Source: Longimicrobiales bacterium (GTDB lineage: Bacteria > Gemmatimonadota > Gemmatimonadetes > Longimicrobiales > Gaopeijiaceae). Taken from it: DNA of 64,000 nt. A program made the position numbers and the translations under genes. The stretch's first letter is position 1; the number at the start of each line of letters is the position of its first letter. The notes under the pieces are model-generated. The model had not been told where the DNA came from and did no database searches. It was given only the letters and a program-made list of their open reading frames with translations. This document shows positions 40,908 to 50,662 of the stretch, piece by piece. The DNA lies in assembly GCA_965203485.1 (NCBI GenBank), contig OZ241892.1:3296001-3360000 (forward strand), written 5' to 3'.

Positions 40908-41966
40908 ATGGACAAACGAGACTTCCTGAAGACTGCGGGCGCCGCCGGGCTGGGCGCGACGGTCCTGGGCCCGGCCGCGTGCGCGTCCAACGTCTCCACG
41001 CGCTCCGCGCCGCCCATCCGCTGGCGGCTCCAGACTTACGCCGGCGCTCCGCTGGCCGAGCACGTGGTCAAGCCCGCCGTCGACGCGTTCAACCGCGTTG
41101 CCGGCGGCGAGATGACGATCGAGCTCTTCACGGCGGACGAGCTGGCGCCCACCGCCGAACTCTTCGCCGCCCTGCAGGAGGGCGTGCTGGACGCCGTCCA
41201 GAGCGACGACGACTCGATGGCGTCGCCAGCCGACGTCGCCGTGTTCGGGGGCTACTTCCCCTTCGCGACGCGCTACAGCCTGGACGTGCCCGTCCTGTTC
41301 CATCAATACGGCCTGGCGGAGATATGGGAGGAAGCCTACGCCGAGATCGACGGCGTCACGTGGCTCAGCGCGGGGTCGTGGGATCCCTGTCACTTCGCCA
41401 CCGTCCGGCCCGTCCGCGGCCTGGCCGACCTGCAGGGCCTGCGCGTGTTCACCATGCCGACCGCGGGCGAGTTCCTGACGCGCTTCGGCGTGGTTCCCGT
41501 CACCGTCCCCTGGGACGACGCCGCGGACGCCGTGCGCCGGGGGGACTTGGACGGCATCGCCTGGTCCGGCATCACCGAAGACTACACGGCGGGCTGGGCC
41601 GACGTGACCAACTACTTCCTGACCAACAGCCTCTCGGGCGCGTGGTGCGGCTCCTTCTTCGCCAACACGGATTCGTGGAACGCCGTGCCGCCCCACCTCC
41701 AGGAACTGTTCCGTCTGTGCATGGACAGTTCCCACTACTACCGGCTCCATTGGTACTGGGGGGGCGAGGCCCGGCTCCGCACCGAGGGAACCAAGCTGAC
41801 GCTCACTTCCGTGCCGGACGAAGAGTGGCGGCAGGTCGAGGAAGAAGCGCTCCGCTTTTGGGACGAGACCGCGACGACCAGTCCGCGGGCGGCGCGGGTA
41901 GTGGAGGCGCTGAAGGCGTACCGGGCCACGATGGAGCGAGCGGGAAGGCCGTATCGGCATGGGTGA
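40908..41966 (+). CDS. dctP: TRAP transporter solute-binding protein with Tat-like signal
   Basis: KRDFLK signal, WRLQTYAG, ELFAALQEGVLDAV, DLQGLRV. Confidence 0.88.
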   Translation: MDKRDFLKTAGAAGLGATVLGPAACASNVSTRSAPPIRWRLQTYAGAPLAEHVVKPAVDAFNRVAGGEMTIELFTADELAPTAELFAALQEGVLDAVQSDDDSMASPADVAVFGGYFPFATRYSLDVPVLFHQYGLAEIWEEAYAEIDGVTWLSAGSWDPCHFATVRPVRGLADLQGLRVFTMPTAGEFLTRFGVVPVTVPWDDAADAVRRGDLDGIAWSGITEDYTAGWADVTNYFLTNSLSGAWCGSFFANTDSWNAVPPHLQELFRLCMDSSHYYRLHWYWGGEARLRTEGTKLTLTSVPDEEWRQVEEEALRFWDETATTSPRAARVVEALKAYRATMERAGRPYRHG

Positions 41967-41972
41967 GGGACC

Positions 41973-42797
41973 ATGAACGTCCCCCAATCTTTGGACCTGT
42001 CGCCAGTATCCGAAGTGCCGCTAACGGATTCGCCGTTGGTTGCGGTCGTGGCGCAAGTTCGCTTTCCCACGATCCTGACAATTCGGCAAGCAAACGATGC
42101 CCAGGTGGCCGCCCTTCAGGCAAGACTACGAGGCATATATCCGTACCTGAACGAACACCACGCCTATCATTTCGATGTCGTAGAACCTTCTGAGCCCCGG
42201 GTTGCGCGGGCTGTCGTCTGGCGCTTTTCCGACCGAAAGCAGGATCCGAATTGGCGTATTTCACTAGGCGACGACTTCGTGGCGCTGGAGGCGCGCAATT
42301 ATACCAGCCGCAAAGATTTCTTGGAACGACTGGGAGTTGTGCTTGATGCTGTCTGCGACGTCATAGAGCCTGCAAGTGCGACACGCCTTGGAATACGCTA
42401 CGTCGATCGGTTGACTGGCAATGCAGTTGATCGAATTGACGACCTGCTGATTCCCGAAGTGCTAGGTGTCGCCCGCCGTTGCGACGACCATCCGAATGCC
42501 ATTGAACGATCAATCGTCAATCTCATGACGCACGCGCAGTTGCGAGGACCGAGAGACGCCGTCGTGGCGGTGCGGTGGGGCGTTTTGCCGCCGAGTGCAA
42601 CACATGACCCCGACATGTTGCCGCCGGTTGCCGAGACAAGTTGGATATTGGACATGGATATGTTTACGACGGCGCCTTGCGACTTCTCTGCATCCGGCTT
42701 GTCGGCTACGGCTGCAAGCTTTGCTGAATATCTGTATAGCTTGTTTCGCCAAGTCGTCACCGATGATTTTCTCGAACACTACGGAGGCCAGTTATGA
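41973..42797 (+). CDS. TIGR04255 family protein
   Basis: PL..VVAQVRFP, Y.SR.DF, RLGIRYVD, WILDMD, F...VTDDFL..YG. Confidence 0.85.
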   Translation: MNVPQSLDLSPVSEVPLTDSPLVAVVAQVRFPTILTIRQANDAQVAALQARLRGIYPYLNEHHAYHFDVVEPSEPRVARAVVWRFSDRKQDPNWRISLGDDFVALEARNYTSRKDFLERLGVVLDAVCDVIEPASATRLGIRYVDRLTGNAVDRIDDLLIPEVLGVARRCDDHPNAIERSIVNLMTHAQLRGPRDAVVAVRWGVLPPSATHDPDMLPPVAETSWILDMDMFTTAPCDFSASGLSATAASFAEYLYSLFRQVVTDDFLEHYGGQL

Positions 42798-43360
42798 CAA
42801 CTCTCGAGCCGTCGTCGGCGACGCGGTTGAACGCATCGACGGCGGGCTTGACCAGTACTCGAGGGACGAAGATCGATGTTGACGCTACGGCGCCGCTTTC
42901 GAAGAAGATTGAGCATGACAACCCGGTGATCAGTGCCGATGCTTTTTTCTTCTACATGCCGCACATGTATGGCAATAGTTGCGAACGATCTCCATCAGCT
43001 GCAACGGCAAGCAAGATTCCGTTTATTGTGTTCGGAACAGCGGCGGGACCTAACGGCTATGCGCCGCATGGCAGTCCCTTCGCTGGGCTTGGCCGTTTTC
43101 GCTTTTGGGCATTGAATGATGATGAAGCATTGCGGCTAAAAGCCATCGTTGAGAATAACGCAGCAGCTGTTGCCGACCTGCGAACGGCAACCGATTTGCT
43201 GGAACGTTACCTGAAACATGACAGAATTGCAGGAATAGTGCGCAGACCGATGCCATCCAGAAGCGAGACGACGCTCCTTGACTTGCTGTTGAAGGGAAAA
43301 ACAGACGAACTACTCGAGACGTGTCAAGACATGTTTCAGTTCGACGACGCGCACAGCTGA
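42794..43360 (+). CDS. Hypothetical protein, putative antitoxin (C-terminus reminiscent of Xre/MbcA/ParS partners)
   Basis: ATGA-coupled to TIGR04255; 3 nt upstream of a RES gene; helical C-terminus. Confidence 0.55.
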   Translation: MTTLEPSSATRLNASTAGLTSTRGTKIDVDATAPLSKKIEHDNPVISADAFFFYMPHMYGNSCERSPSAATASKIPFIVFGTAAGPNGYAPHGSPFAGLGRFRFWALNDDEALRLKAIVENNAAAVADLRTATDLLERYLKHDRIAGIVRRPMPSRSETTLLDLLLKGKTDELLETCQDMFQFDDAHS

Positions 43361-43363
43361 CTT

Positions 43364-43751
43364 GTGGAGTTGTTGCAGGAAGGACTGATAGACGCGGTTA
43401 GCTGGTGGCGCATTGCGGACCGGCGATGGTCCGATCCCCTTGGCCCCGGCTTCGCAGGCCAACAAGGGGGTCGCTGGAATTCCCCAGGAAGCTTTGACGT
43501 TCTCTACCTCAACGAAGACAAGAACGCGGCGCGTGCCACTCTGCGTAGATTCGTGAGCAGACAGCCGTACGAGCTGGAAGACCTAAACGAATCGGAAGCG
43601 CCAGTGCTGGTTGAGTGTCAGTTGCCCAAGCCGGTCGGCCGCGGATCGCTCCGGGAGAACTCGCGAACTAGCGTGGTTTCCCGGCGAAGAAGGCGCTCGT
43701 GCCCACCAAGTGAGGCGGATGGCCTTCGGTCAATGGTTCCAATATCCATGA
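43364..43751 (+). pseudogene. RES-domain toxin, internally deleted and frameshifted
   Basis: N-part WWRIA...GGRWN.PGSF.VLYL; near 43631 the frame shifts to RSA...RELAWFP...QWFQYP-stop; the middle of the domain appears missing. Confidence 0.72.
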
Positions 43752-43921
43752 CGCGGTCCGATTCGCGGTCGGGCCGGTGGCCGCGTCGTGCCGTCTCGCC
43801 CGGCCTGAAATCGCTGATGGCGAGCGATCGAAGCGCCGACGAAATATATTGGCGGCGGTACACCGTCCGGCCATTCCCGCGACGACCGCTCGCCGTTCCC
43901 TGCACAATCTGGAGAGTTCTC

Positions 43922-46900
43922 ATGCGCGCTAGCTTTGCCAACTCCGTGACCTTCGCGACCGGGCTGTTCCTGGCCGCCGCCTTCAGCCCGGAGGCGTTCG
44001 CCAACCCCGCGGCCGCCCAGGAGGTGCCGGGATCGGCGCTCGAGGCGATGAAGTTCCGCCACATCGGGCCGGTTGGGAACCGGGTCACGTCGGTGGCGGG
44101 GGTGGCCGGCGATCCGCTGACGTACTACGCGGGCGCGGCGTCGGGCGGGCTGTGGAAGACGGAGGACGGCGGCGTCAACTGGCGGCCCGTCTTCGACGAG
44201 CAGCTGGTTCACTCGATAGGGGAAGTCGCGGTCGCGCCGGCGGATCCGAACCTGGTGTGGGTTGGGACGGGGGAGCCGTTCATTCGCTCCAACGTGTCCA
44301 TCGGCAACGGCGTCTGGAAGTCGCTGGACGCGGGCGAGACTTGGATGCACATGGGCCTGGAGGGGACGGGGCGGATCAGCCGCGTCGTGGTGCATCCGGC
44401 GGACCCGGACGTGGTGTACGCCGCTGCGGTCGGCCACGGCTACGCGCCCCAGCCGGAGCGGGGCGTCTACCGCACGCTGGACGGCGGCGCCACCTGGGAG
44501 CACGTCCTCTTCGTGGATGAGGAGACCGGCGCCAGCGATCTGGTCATGCACCCGTCGAATCCGCGCATCCTCTTCGCGGGGACTTGGCAGATCGCCATCC
44601 GCACGTGGACGCGCAAGTCCGGCGGGCCCGGCAGCGCCATCCACGTGTCCCGCGACGCGGGTGCCACGTGGACGCGGCTCGAAGGGAACGGCCTGCCCAC
44701 CCGCGAGATCGGCAAGATCGCGCTGTGCATGAGCGCCGCCGACCCGGATCGCGTCTACGCGCTCATCGAGACCGGCGACGGCGTGCCGTGGGAAGGCGGC
44801 GACACGGACGGAGGCGAGCTGTGGCGCTCCGACGACGGCGGCCGCCAGTGGGCGCTGACCAGCCACGACCGGGACTTGGCCGGCCGCACCGCCTACTACT
44901 CCCGTTGCGAGGCCAACCCCGACGACGCCGACGAAGCCTACTTCCTGGCGGCCGCCTACAGCACCACGCTCGACGGCGGCGTCACTTCGACGGCGGCCCC
45001 GTTCCTGCAGGGCCCCGTCTGGGACCACCACGACATGTGGATTGATCCGGAGGACGGCGGCCGCCAGATCGTTGCCGGCGACGGCGGCGTCGCCATCTCC
45101 CGCAACCGGGGCAAGACGTGGTACCGCCAGCAGCTTCCCATCGCGCAGATGTACCACGTCACGGTCGACAACGCGGTTCCCTACAACGTCATGGGCAACC
45201 GGCAGGACGGCCCCTCCACGCGGGGGCCGAGCAATAGCCGCACGGGCGGCCTCTTCTTGGGCGGCATTCCCCGTGGGATGTGGCATACCGTGGGCGGGGG
45301 CGAGTCGGGATTCGCCACTCCGGACCCGACGGACCCCAACATCGTCTGGTCCAGCGCGTCGGGGGCCGGAGGCGGGGGCGGCATCGTGTCTCGCTGGGAC
45401 GCGCGCACGCGCCAGTACCGGGAAGTGGAGGTGTGGCCCGAGTCGACGATCGGCCAGCCGGCCGACAGCCTTCGGTACCGCTTCCAGTGGACCTTTCCGC
45501 TGCTGGTCTCGCCCCACGACAACAACACCGTCTACGTGACCAGCCAGCACGTTCACCGCACCACCAACGGCGGCCAGAGCTGGGAGGAGATCAGCCCGGA
45601 CCTGACCACGAACAACCGGGCGCGCATGGGCATCAGCGGCGGCCTCACGCCCGACAACATCGGCGTCGAGTACTGCTGCGTGATCTACGCCTTCGACGAG
45701 TCGCCCCTGGAGCGCGGCGTCTTCTGGGCCGGCACCAACGACGGTCTCGTGCACGTCAGCCGGGACGGCGGCGCCGCCTGGACCGACGTCACCGGGAACA
45801 TCCCCGACCTGCCGCCCGACGGCGTGGTGCGGGGTATCGACGCCTCCCGCCACGCGCCGGGCAAGGCGTACATGGTGGTGGAGCATCACCAAGTCGGCGG
45901 ATTCGAGGCCCGCGCCTACCGAACCGGCGACTACGGCGAGAGCTGGACCGAGATCGTGGACGGCATCGACGACGGCGTGCTCAGCTACACGCGGAGCATC
46001 CACGAGGACCCCGTGCGCCCCGGCCTGCTCTACCTGGGCACCGAGGCGTCGCTGTACGTGTCGTTCGACGACGGCGAGCGATGGCAGTCCCTTCACACCA
46101 ACCTGCCCCACGCGCCCATGTACGGGCTCGTCGTTCAGAAGCATTTCAACGACCTGGTGATCGGCACCTACGGCCGCGGCTTCTGGATTCTCGACGACGT
46201 GACGCCCCTGCAGCAGCTCACGCCCGAGGTGGCCGCCGCTTCCGCGCATCTCTTCGCCCCGAGGCCCGCCTACCGCTTCCGGCCCGTCTCGGAGCCCTTC
46301 GCCATGTTCGACGACCAGTCCGACGGCGAGAATCCGCCCTACGGCGCCTCGATCAACTATTGGCTCGCCCAGGAGACCGAGGACAGCGTGAAGATCGAGA
46401 TCGCGAACGCCGCCGGAGAGGTCGTGCGCACGCTCGAGGGCACCGGCCAAGCGGGCGTGAACAGGGTGTGGTGGGACCTCGCCGGCGAGCCCGCCACCGA
46501 GATCAAGCTCCGCACCAAGCCCCTCCACGCCGACGACATCGAGCTGGGCGAGGAACGCTGGCGGCCCCTGCCGAACGTGCTGGGCGGTCCCGGCCAAGGC
46601 GCGGCGGTCGTTCTCCAGCCGCCCGGCGAGTACACGGTCGCACTGAAGATCGGCAGGGCGAGCGACGAGTCCGCCGCCGCCGAGCCCACAGGCGGGAGAA
46701 GCGACGAATCCACCGTCCCCGCCGAGGATCCCGTGGGCGCGGCCGTGCTGGCCCAGCCCCTCGAAGTCCTCAAGGATCCCCATTCCGAGGGCACGCTGGC
46801 GGACATCCGCGCCCAGCAGGCCATGCTGGAGGCGATTCGCGCCGACTACGAGACCGCCGCCGAGCTGGTCAACCGAGTGGAGTGGGTGCGCCGACAGCTC

Positions 46901-47251
46901 CGCGACGCGAAGGCCGTGCTCCAAGACCGCGGCGACTCCGCGCTGGCCGCCGCCGCCGACTCTCTCGACGAACGCCTGATCGCGGCGGAGCAGGGCCTCT
47001 TCCAGATGCGGTCCACCGGGACGGGCCAGGACGGCATCCGCTATCCGACCCGCCTGATCGAGCGGCTGGGCTACCTCTTCACCACGGTGTCGGTGGGCGA
47101 CTTCCCCCCCACGGACCAGCAGGGCGAGGTCCACGCCGTCCTGCAGGAACGCCTCCTGCGCATCCGCGACGAGCTGGAGTCCATCCTGGGCGACGACTTG
47201 GCCGAGTTCAACCGGCGGGTCCAGGCGCTGGGGCTGGGGGTGATTTCGTAG
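43922..47251 (+). CDS. Large secreted VPS10/sortilin-like BNR beta-propeller protein (glycosyl-hydrolase-like)
   Basis: GGAGAG RBS, signal peptide, FRHIGP.GNR, many S/TxDGGxxW boxes, DLVIGTYGRGFWILDD. Confidence 0.92.
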   Translation: MRASFANSVTFATGLFLAAAFSPEAFANPAAAQEVPGSALEAMKFRHIGPVGNRVTSVAGVAGDPLTYYAGAASGGLWKTEDGGVNWRPVFDEQLVHSIGEVAVAPADPNLVWVGTGEPFIRSNVSIGNGVWKSLDAGETWMHMGLEGTGRISRVVVHPADPDVVYAAAVGHGYAPQPERGVYRTLDGGATWEHVLFVDEETGASDLVMHPSNPRILFAGTWQIAIRTWTRKSGGPGSAIHVSRDAGATWTRLEGNGLPTREIGKIALCMSAADPDRVYALIETGDGVPWEGGDTDGGELWRSDDGGRQWALTSHDRDLAGRTAYYSRCEANPDDADEAYFLAAAYSTTLDGGVTSTAAPFLQGPVWDHHDMWIDPEDGGRQIVAGDGGVAISRNRGKTWYRQQLPIAQMYHVTVDNAVPYNVMGNRQDGPSTRGPSNSRTGGLFLGGIPRGMWHTVGGGESGFATPDPTDPNIVWSSASGAGGGGGIVSRWDARTRQYREVEVWPESTIGQPADSLRYRFQWTFPLLVSPHDNNTVYVTSQHVHRTTNGGQSWEEISPDLTTNNRARMGISGGLTPDNIGVEYCCVIYAFDESPLERGVFWAGTNDGLVHVSRDGGAAWTDVTGNIPDLPPDGVVRGIDASRHAPGKAYMVVEHHQVGGFEARAYRTGDYGESWTEIVDGIDDGVLSYTRSIHEDPVRPGLLYLGTEASLYVSFDDGERWQSLHTNLPHAPMYGLVVQKHFNDLVIGTYGRGFWILDDVTPLQQLTPEVAAASAHLFAPRPAYRFRPVSEPFAMFDDQSDGENPPYGASINYWLAQETEDSVKIEIANAAGEVVRTLEGTGQAGVNRVWWDLAGEPATEIKLRTKPLHADDIELGEERWRPLPNVLGGPGQGAAVVLQPPGEYTVALKIGRASDESAAAEPTGGRSDESTVPAEDPVGAAVLAQPLEVLKDPHSEGTLADIRAQQAMLEAIRADYETAAELVNRVEWVRRQLRDAKAVLQDRGDSALAAAADSLDERLIAAEQGLFQMRSTGTGQDGIRYPTRLIERLGYLFTTVSVGDFPPTDQQGEVHAVLQERLLRIRDELESILGDDLAEFNRRVQALGLGVIS

Positions 47252-47263
47252 GAGGCGGCCGGG

Positions 47264-47303
47264 CCGTGACAGATTCTCGGACAGATTCCCCTATGAATCT
47301 GTC
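47264..47303 (+). repeat. Left copy of a 40-bp inverted repeat pair flanking the type III-B module
   Basis: CCGTGACAGATTCTCGGACAGATTCCCCTATGAATCTGTC; 37/40 identical to the reverse complement of 57906-57945. Confidence 0.92.
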
Positions 47304-47706
47304 AGGGCCCGCACGGCGGTAAGAGAGCGGTCGGAGCGGCGGATGAAGAGCGCCCGCCGCGAGGCCGTTGCGCCCGATCCCGATCGACGCGCCCATCGCC
47401 GTGGCCAGCGCCCGCTGCCTGGAAACTTCCACGCCGACCCCGCCAACCCCTTGCATCGTCGCCACGGCGCGCCACCACGGCGCGCCGCTCGCGACGGCGG
47501 GACCGCGCCATCCCCGCGTACGCCCAGCAGGGCCATGTCCGGGCGATGGACGCGTGTCGGCAGGGCCGGGGACACGCCGCGCTCGCGTCAACGGCCGGGG
47601 CAGGAGGATGCCGATCCTTGCCAGCCTACCGCGTAAGCGAGTACCTTCGCGCGTTCCGCTTCCGACGTGTTTCGGGAGCAAGGAATGACCTCCTTGAGCG
47701 AGAGAG

Positions 47707-49452
47707 ATGACGGCCGAGTCCCGCAACGCTCCTGGCGCGGAACATGTCCTTCTGACGGTGCTGGGCACGCGAACGCGGGAAGCGGCCTACAGCATGGGTG
47801 GCAGGCAAAGCGTCGCTCAGCTGGCTCCGGTGGCCCTGATGGGTCTCTTGTCGCCGGACGAGCGACCGTGTCGCGTACTGGCCTTCTGCACCAACGAGGC
47901 CGAGGCGAGAAGCCTTCCGGTGTTGGAGGATGCGCTGGCGTCCGATGTGGTTGAGTCCGTTCACGTGCCGATGGGCAATCGCCAAGACGACATCGACAGC
48001 TTTCTGGATGCCGTGGCAAGAAAAGTGCCGGAGGGCGCCCAACTCACAGTGGACATGACCCACGGCTTCCGGCACTTCGCAGTCTTGACGTACGTCGCCG
48101 TGCTGTATGTGGCGGCGCTTCGGGACGTTCGGGTCCGCGGAGCGTATTATGCGATGCTGAGTCGCGATGGCGACCCGAGTCCGTTTCTAAACCTGCGCCC
48201 GCTCTTGGACTTGCCCCGATGGGTGCACGCCTTGAAGGTCATTCAGGAAACGGGGAGCACGCGGCCGCTTGCGAAGATCGTCGCCGACGGGCCGGATAGC
48301 GCGGCTGGGCCAGCCAAGGACCGGATTGTCCAGGACTTCCGTAATCTCGCCGACAGATACCTCTCGGGATTGCCGCTCGAGTTGGGCCAGGAAGCGGCCG
48401 ATGTTCGCCGGAAACATGCCAAGTCGCTCCGGAAGGCCCTCAAGCGGGACCATAGTCTGCCGCTGGCCGAGAACGTGATAGACCACCTTGATGAGGTGCT
48501 TGGCCGGTTTGCCTTTGCTAATCCGATTCAGCGCGGCGGATGGAAGAAGGGCGTGAAACTCACGAGAGACGAATTGACGCGACAAGCCAAGGTTATTGAC
48601 GACCTCCTGGAGCAAGCCAATGTATCCGCAGGACTTGGCCTCATGCGGGAATGGATCATCAACTTGGCGGCTCACAGCGCCGACAACGCCGATTGCTGGT
48701 TGGATCGCAAGACGCGCCAGCGGATCGCAAGTCGGCTTCACGCCGTGAGAGCGATAGGAGAATCCGATTTGGCCGACGATCATCTGACGGTAGATCAACG
48801 CGAATTGGGTCAGTTCTGGCAACGGCTCTGTGAGCTCCGCAATGCCTATCATCACCATGGAATGCGTCCGCAAGTAGTTGGCGACAAGGATTTTGTCGGT
48901 AAACTATGCAAGATTCGCGAATTCTGGGATGGAACTCTTAGGTTCTGTCCAGCGATTCACTTGACGCTGGGCAATCCCCCTAGGTGCCGGATAGTAGTCA
49001 GTCCCATGGGCAAGCTTCCGGGCGTCCTCTTCAGTGCCTTGCATGCGTATCGAACGCGATTCGGCGATTATCCTAGCCTGTGCATCGTCATCTGTTCGGA
49101 CCAGACGCGGCCGATGATGGACGAAGCGTTGGCAACAGCTCGATACGAGGGCATATGTGAAGCATTGACCCTGGACGATCCCTTTGGCGGGGTTCAAGAA
49201 ATGGAGAAGAGAGTCAAGGCGACGCGGCGATTTTTCGTCGGTGCGGAGCGAGTAGCCGTGAACGTGACCGGCGGCACGACGTTGATGGGCATTGCGGCAC
49301 AGAGGCTGGCCGGTGAAGCCCGGAGTCTCGCATGCCCCGTTCTTCAGTTTGGGTTGGTTGACTGCAGGCCGTCGGAAGAGCAACGTTTCGATCCATATCA
49401 GATGGGACAAGCGTTCTGGCTGGATTCGGAAAGAGGTGGAGATGTCCATTAG
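47707..49452 (+). CDS. csx1: CRISPR type III ancillary effector, Csx1/TM1812-like CARF-HEPN RNase with extra C-terminal CARF-like domain
   Basis: LLTVLG and VDMTHGFR (DxTHG CARF); LRNAYHH (HEPN R-X4-H); VSPMG..PG and VNVTGGT second CARF-like fold. Confidence 0.85.
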   Translation: MTAESRNAPGAEHVLLTVLGTRTREAAYSMGGRQSVAQLAPVALMGLLSPDERPCRVLAFCTNEAEARSLPVLEDALASDVVESVHVPMGNRQDDIDSFLDAVARKVPEGAQLTVDMTHGFRHFAVLTYVAVLYVAALRDVRVRGAYYAMLSRDGDPSPFLNLRPLLDLPRWVHALKVIQETGSTRPLAKIVADGPDSAAGPAKDRIVQDFRNLADRYLSGLPLELGQEAADVRRKHAKSLRKALKRDHSLPLAENVIDHLDEVLGRFAFANPIQRGGWKKGVKLTRDELTRQAKVIDDLLEQANVSAGLGLMREWIINLAAHSADNADCWLDRKTRQRIASRLHAVRAIGESDLADDHLTVDQRELGQFWQRLCELRNAYHHHGMRPQVVGDKDFVGKLCKIREFWDGTLRFCPAIHLTLGNPPRCRIVVSPMGKLPGVLFSALHAYRTRFGDYPSLCIVICSDQTRPMMDEALATARYEGICEALTLDDPFGGVQEMEKRVKATRRFFVGAERVAVNVTGGTTLMGIAAQRLAGEARSLACPVLQFGLVDCRPSEEQRFDPYQMGQAFWLDSERGGDVH

Positions 49453-50662
49453 AAGGGTCGACGCTACCTTCGACGCCACCTTCAGAGTGACCACGCCGAT
49501 GTTTTGCCGCGGTGCTGATGCAACGGGCGCGGAGTTGCGCCTTCCCAGCTTCAAAGGCGTGCTTCGCTACTGGTGGCGTGCGCTGGCCTGGTCCGAGTTC
49601 GGTGGCGACCTTGGCAAGATCAAGAAGAAGGAAGATGATCTCTTCGGTAGCGCAGAATGTGGTCAATCTCGCGTATCAATGCGGCTGAAGGAGCGGCAGT
49701 CGTCGTTGCGTAGTACTAATACTGGTCACGTGTTGAAAGTGCCCGGCACGAATCAACCCGTGGGGTACGGAGCACGGTATCTGGGGTACGGCGTCATGGA
49801 AGCCTTTGCGAGCAAGCCAAAAGGCACGAATGCCGGACAGCTGACACGCGATTGCATCGATAGCGGATTCGATTTTGCCGTGCGAATGCGGGTTTCCGCA
49901 GGTTTCGACCGATCGGTGGCCCTGCTTGAGCGTGCCTTGATTGCGGCTGGATGCTTGGGCGGCCTCGGCGCCAAGAGCCGAAGGGGCTACGGATCGATCG
50001 CCATTTGTTCGCTGATCGTCGACAAGCAATCACGCTCCATGCCGTCGTCCATGGAGGACTTGCGTGCGGCCATCGCTGGTCTTTATCGTAAGTGCCATGC
50101 ATCGCCTGGGCGTTCAGAGCATCCTGAGTACACAGCCTTCTCCGAACATGCCCGTCATGTGTTACTGACGAGCAAGAAGAAGGAATCGCTCGACTTGCTT
50201 GATCTCGTGGGTCGCGAAATCATCCGTTATCGTAGCTGGGGCCGAAATGGGAAAATATTAGGAGACGTCAAGTCGGAAAAGAACTTCAGGAAGGATCATG
50301 ACCTCATGAAGAAGGTGGGAGCCGGCGATCAACCGAACAGACATCCTGAGCGTATTGCTTTTGGTCTTCCCCACAACTATGGACAACGCCAGCAAGTTGG
50401 TCCGAGCGACAAGGATCTGGATCGCAGAGCCAGTCCATTGTTCATCCACATTCACGAATTCGTCGAAGGCCCGGTCGCGGTCCTGTCGTTCCTGCCGGCG
50501 CGTTTCTTGCCCGACCGGTGCGGCATCCGTGTGGGCGGACACAATGTGCAGCAGTTGTCGGAGGAACAGCTGTACGGCCCGGTCACTCGCTTTCTTGACC
50601 GCCTCCTCAATCCGGGCAAACGCAAGGAGGAATTTGTCGACGCAGTGGAGGTAAGGCGGTGA
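49442..50662 (+). CDS. cmr1: Type III-B RAMP protein Cmr1
   Basis: VTTPMF..GA, R.PSFKGVLRYWWRA, GGLGAKSRRGYGS, FGLP, RRASPL. Confidence 0.95.
   Translation: MSIRRVDATFDATFRVTTPMFCRGADATGAELRLPSFKGVLRYWWRALAWSEFGGDLGKIKKKEDDLFGSAECGQSRVSMRLKERQSSLRSTNTGHVLKVPGTNQPVGYGARYLGYGVMEAFASKPKGTNAGQLTRDCIDSGFDFAVRMRVSAGFDRSVALLERALIAAGCLGGLGAKSRRGYGSIAICSLIVDKQSRSMPSSMEDLRAAIAGLYRKCHASPGRSEHPEYTAFSEHARHVLLTSKKKESLDLLDLVGREIIRYRSWGRNGKILGDVKSEKNFRKDHDLMKKVGAGDQPNRHPERIAFGLPHNYGQRQQVGPSDKDLDRRASPLFIHIHEFVEGPVAVLSFLPARFLPDRCGIRVGGHNVQQLSEEQLYGPVTRFLDRLLNPGKRKEEFVDAVEVRR

Noticed and set aside
43364..47251. 1295-aa ORF suggesting a RES-toxin/VPS10 fusion
   Set aside because: The RES C-terminus is in another frame ending at 43751, and the propeller has its own RBS, ATG and signal peptide at 43922. 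The fusion arises from the RES frameshift.
47252..47706. Possible CRISPR array or leader upstream of csx1
   Set aside because: No regularly spaced direct repeats seen; only the single 40-bp element.
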